A DNA stretch of 64,000 nt. Origin: Neisseria sp. GTDB taxonomy: Bacteria > Pseudomonadota > Gammaproteobacteria > Burkholderiales > Neisseriaceae. Location: positions 3,124 to 67,123 of the forward strand of contig JAUMYW010000003.1 in NCBI GenBank assembly GCA_030528455.1, written 5' to 3'. The notes beneath the pieces were generated by a model. It was not told the origin of the DNA. It worked only from the letters and a program-made list of their open reading frames with translations, and ran no database searches. Shown piece after piece: positions 62,169-64,000 of the stretch (position 1 is the first letter of the stretch; every line of letters starts with the position of its first letter). Position numbers and translations under genes: made by a program.

Positions 62169-64000
62169 TTATGTTCCGTATTCCTGCCATAAAATTTCTT
62201 GAAGGTTGGTTTCCTCTCCGTTTTCCGGCGGTTTGGTACGGGTGTAGCGGCCGTTGCCGTCCATTTCCCAAGCTTGGCGGTTGTCGGCCAGTGCGAGGGT
62301 CAGGCTTTCGCGAATGATGCGCTGTTTGAGTTCGGGGTCTTCAATCGGCGTGCAGGTTTCGATGCGGCGGAAGAAGTTGCGCCCCATCCAGTCGGCACTG
62401 GAAATATAAGTGTTTTCTTTGCCTTGGTTGTAGAAGTAATACACGCGGGAATGTTCGAGCTGGCGGCCGATAATCGAGCGCACGCGGATATTTTCAGACA
62501 AACCTTTTACGCCCGGCCGCAGGGCGCACATGCCGCGTACGATCAAATCGATCTCCACACCGGCTTCCGATGCTTCGTACAGAGCTTCGATAATGCCCGG
62601 TTCGATAAGCGAATTCATTTTTGCCATGATGCGGGCAGGTTTGCCTGCACGGGCATGTCCGGCTTCGCGGCGGATATTGTCCAAGAGCATGGCGTGCAGG
62701 GTGAACGGGCTGCGGTAGAGCGTGTTCAAATCTTTCGGGCGCCCCAGTCCGGTGATTTCCATGAAGATATTATTGACATCTTCGGTAACCGCTTCGTCTG
62801 CGGTCAGCAGGCCGAAGTCGGTGTAGATGCGCGAGGTGCCGGCGTGGTAGTTGCCGGTACCCAAATGGGCGTAGCGTTTCAGACGGCCTTGTTCGCGGCG
62901 GATAACCAAGGCCATTTTTGCGTGGACTTTGTAGCCGAACACGCCGTACACGACGTGCGCGCCCGCATCTTCGAGCTGTTTCGCCCAGTTCACATTGTTC
63001 GCTTCGTCAAAACGCGCCATCAGCTCTACCACCACCGTTACCTGTTTGCCCGACAAAGCTGCTTTCATCAGGGCTTGCGCGAGTTCGGAATGGGTTCCCG
63101 TACGGTAAATCGTCATTTTGACGGCAACCACATCGGGATCGGCGGCGGCTTCGCGGATAAAGCGGACGACGGGTTCGAAAGATTGGTAAGGATGGTGCAG
63201 CAGAACAGGCTGTTTGCAGACGGCATCGAGTACGGATTTTTTCTTGCCCAAGGCGGCAGGCAGCCCGCCGCGCCGCGGTGGAAACTTCAAGTCCGGCCGT
63301 TCGACCATGTCGGGAACGGCCATCAGGCGCACCAGATTGACGGGGCCTTTGACCTGGTAAAGTTCGCTTTCGTCAAGATGGAAGTGTTCGAGCAGGAAGC
63401 GGTAGAGATGGGCGGGGCAGGTGTCTGCGACTTCCAAACGCACGCCGTCGCCGTATTCGCGGTCGTGCAGCTCGTTTTGAATGGCGGCACGCAGGTTTTT
63501 CAGGTCGCTTTCGTCCACCGTCAGATCGCTGTCGCGCGTTAAGCGGAACTGGTGGCAGCCTTTGACTTCCATGCCGGGGAAAAGTTTCCAAACGTATTCG
63601 TGCAGAATGGAAGACAGGAAAACGAAACCGTTTTCGCTGCCGCAGACGGTTTCGGGCAGGCGGACGACGCGCGGCAGAATGCGCGGTGCCTGCACGACGG
63701 CCAAGCCGGAATTGCGGCCGAAGGCGTCTTTTCCGCCGAGTTCGACGATAAAATTCAAGGATTTGTTGACGGGGCGCGGAAACGGGTGCGATAAATCCAA
63801 GCCTATGGGGGTGAGTATCGGCCAGAGTTCGCGCTCGAAATAGTCTTCGATCCAGCGGCGCTGTTGGGCCGTCCAGTTGCGGCGGCGGTAGAAATGGATG
63901 CCTTCGGCGGCGAGTGCTGGTTGCAGTTCCTGATTGAACAGGCCGTATTGTTCGGCAATCAGCGCGTGCGCTTCGCGGGCGCAGGCGGCGATGGTTTCAG
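62169..64000 (-). CDS. ppk1: Polyphosphate kinase 1; 5' end lies outside the window
   Basis: HPFP, LLHHPYQSF, KMTIYRT, ELMARFDE, KVHAK, HLGTGNY, SSADWMGRN; frame is open to the window edge. Confidence 0.96.
   Translation of the reverse strand, partial: ETIAACAREAHALIAEQYGLFNQELQPALAAEGIHFYRRRNWTAQQRRWIEDYFERELWPILTPIGLDLSHPFPRPVNKSLNFIVELGGKDAFGRNSGLAVVQAPRILPRVVRLPETVCGSENGFVFLSSILHEYVWKLFPGMEVKGCHQFRLTRDSDLTVDESDLKNLRAAIQNELHDREYGDGVRLEVADTCPAHLYRFLLEHFHLDESELYQVKGPVNLVRLMAVPDMVERPDLKFPPRRGGLPAALGKKKSVLDAVCKQPVLLHHPYQSFEPVVRFIREAAADPDVVAVKMTIYRTGTHSELAQALMKAALSGKQVTVVVELMARFDEANNVNWAKQLEDAGAHVVYGVFGYKVHAKMALVIRREQGRLKRYAHLGTGNYHAGTSRIYTDFGLLTADEAVTEDVNNIFMEITGLGRPKDLNTLYRSPFTLHAMLLDNIRREAGHARAGKPARIMAKMNSLIEPGIIEALYEASEAGVEIDLIVRGMCALRPGVKGLSENIRVRSIIGRQLEHSRVYYFYNQGKENTYISSADWMGRNFFRRIETCTPIEDPELKQRIIRESLTLALADNRQAWEMDGNGRYTRTKPPENGEETNLQEILWQEYGT

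Overview
A Neisseria-like (Neisseriaceae) chromosomal segment made mostly of housekeeping genes. In order: partial M61 peptidase, ccoNOQP, znuCBA, metNIQ, lipid A acyltransferase, serC, rimP-nusA-infB, prmA, a cNMP/CBS/DUF294 nucleotidyltransferase plus DEDDh exonuclease pair, accCB, potF, surE-nlpD-tilS, a Zur-boxed ZnuD-like TonB receptor, recC, smc, glcB, dapE, argF, rpsT, pldA, aspS, rpoH, tRNA-Ile2, rho, dgt, yebC, slam-tbpA-tbpB and partial ppk1. I saw no IS element, prophage or CRISPR array. Most notable: (1) the dominant repeat is a non-canonical DNA uptake sequence, (AT)GCCGTCTGCA (about 65 copies by hand count versus about 24 canonical GCCGTCTGAA); (2) a SAM-II aptamer ahead of metNIQ with a full terminator/antiterminator platform; (3) CcoP ends in an OmpA-like peptidoglycan-binding domain instead of a third heme domain; (4) an uncharacterised nucleotidyltransferase/exonuclease module lies between accC and prmA; (5) two small membrane ORFs are missing from the ORF track. 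Gene calls come from motif recognition by eye, not database searches, and counts are manual.
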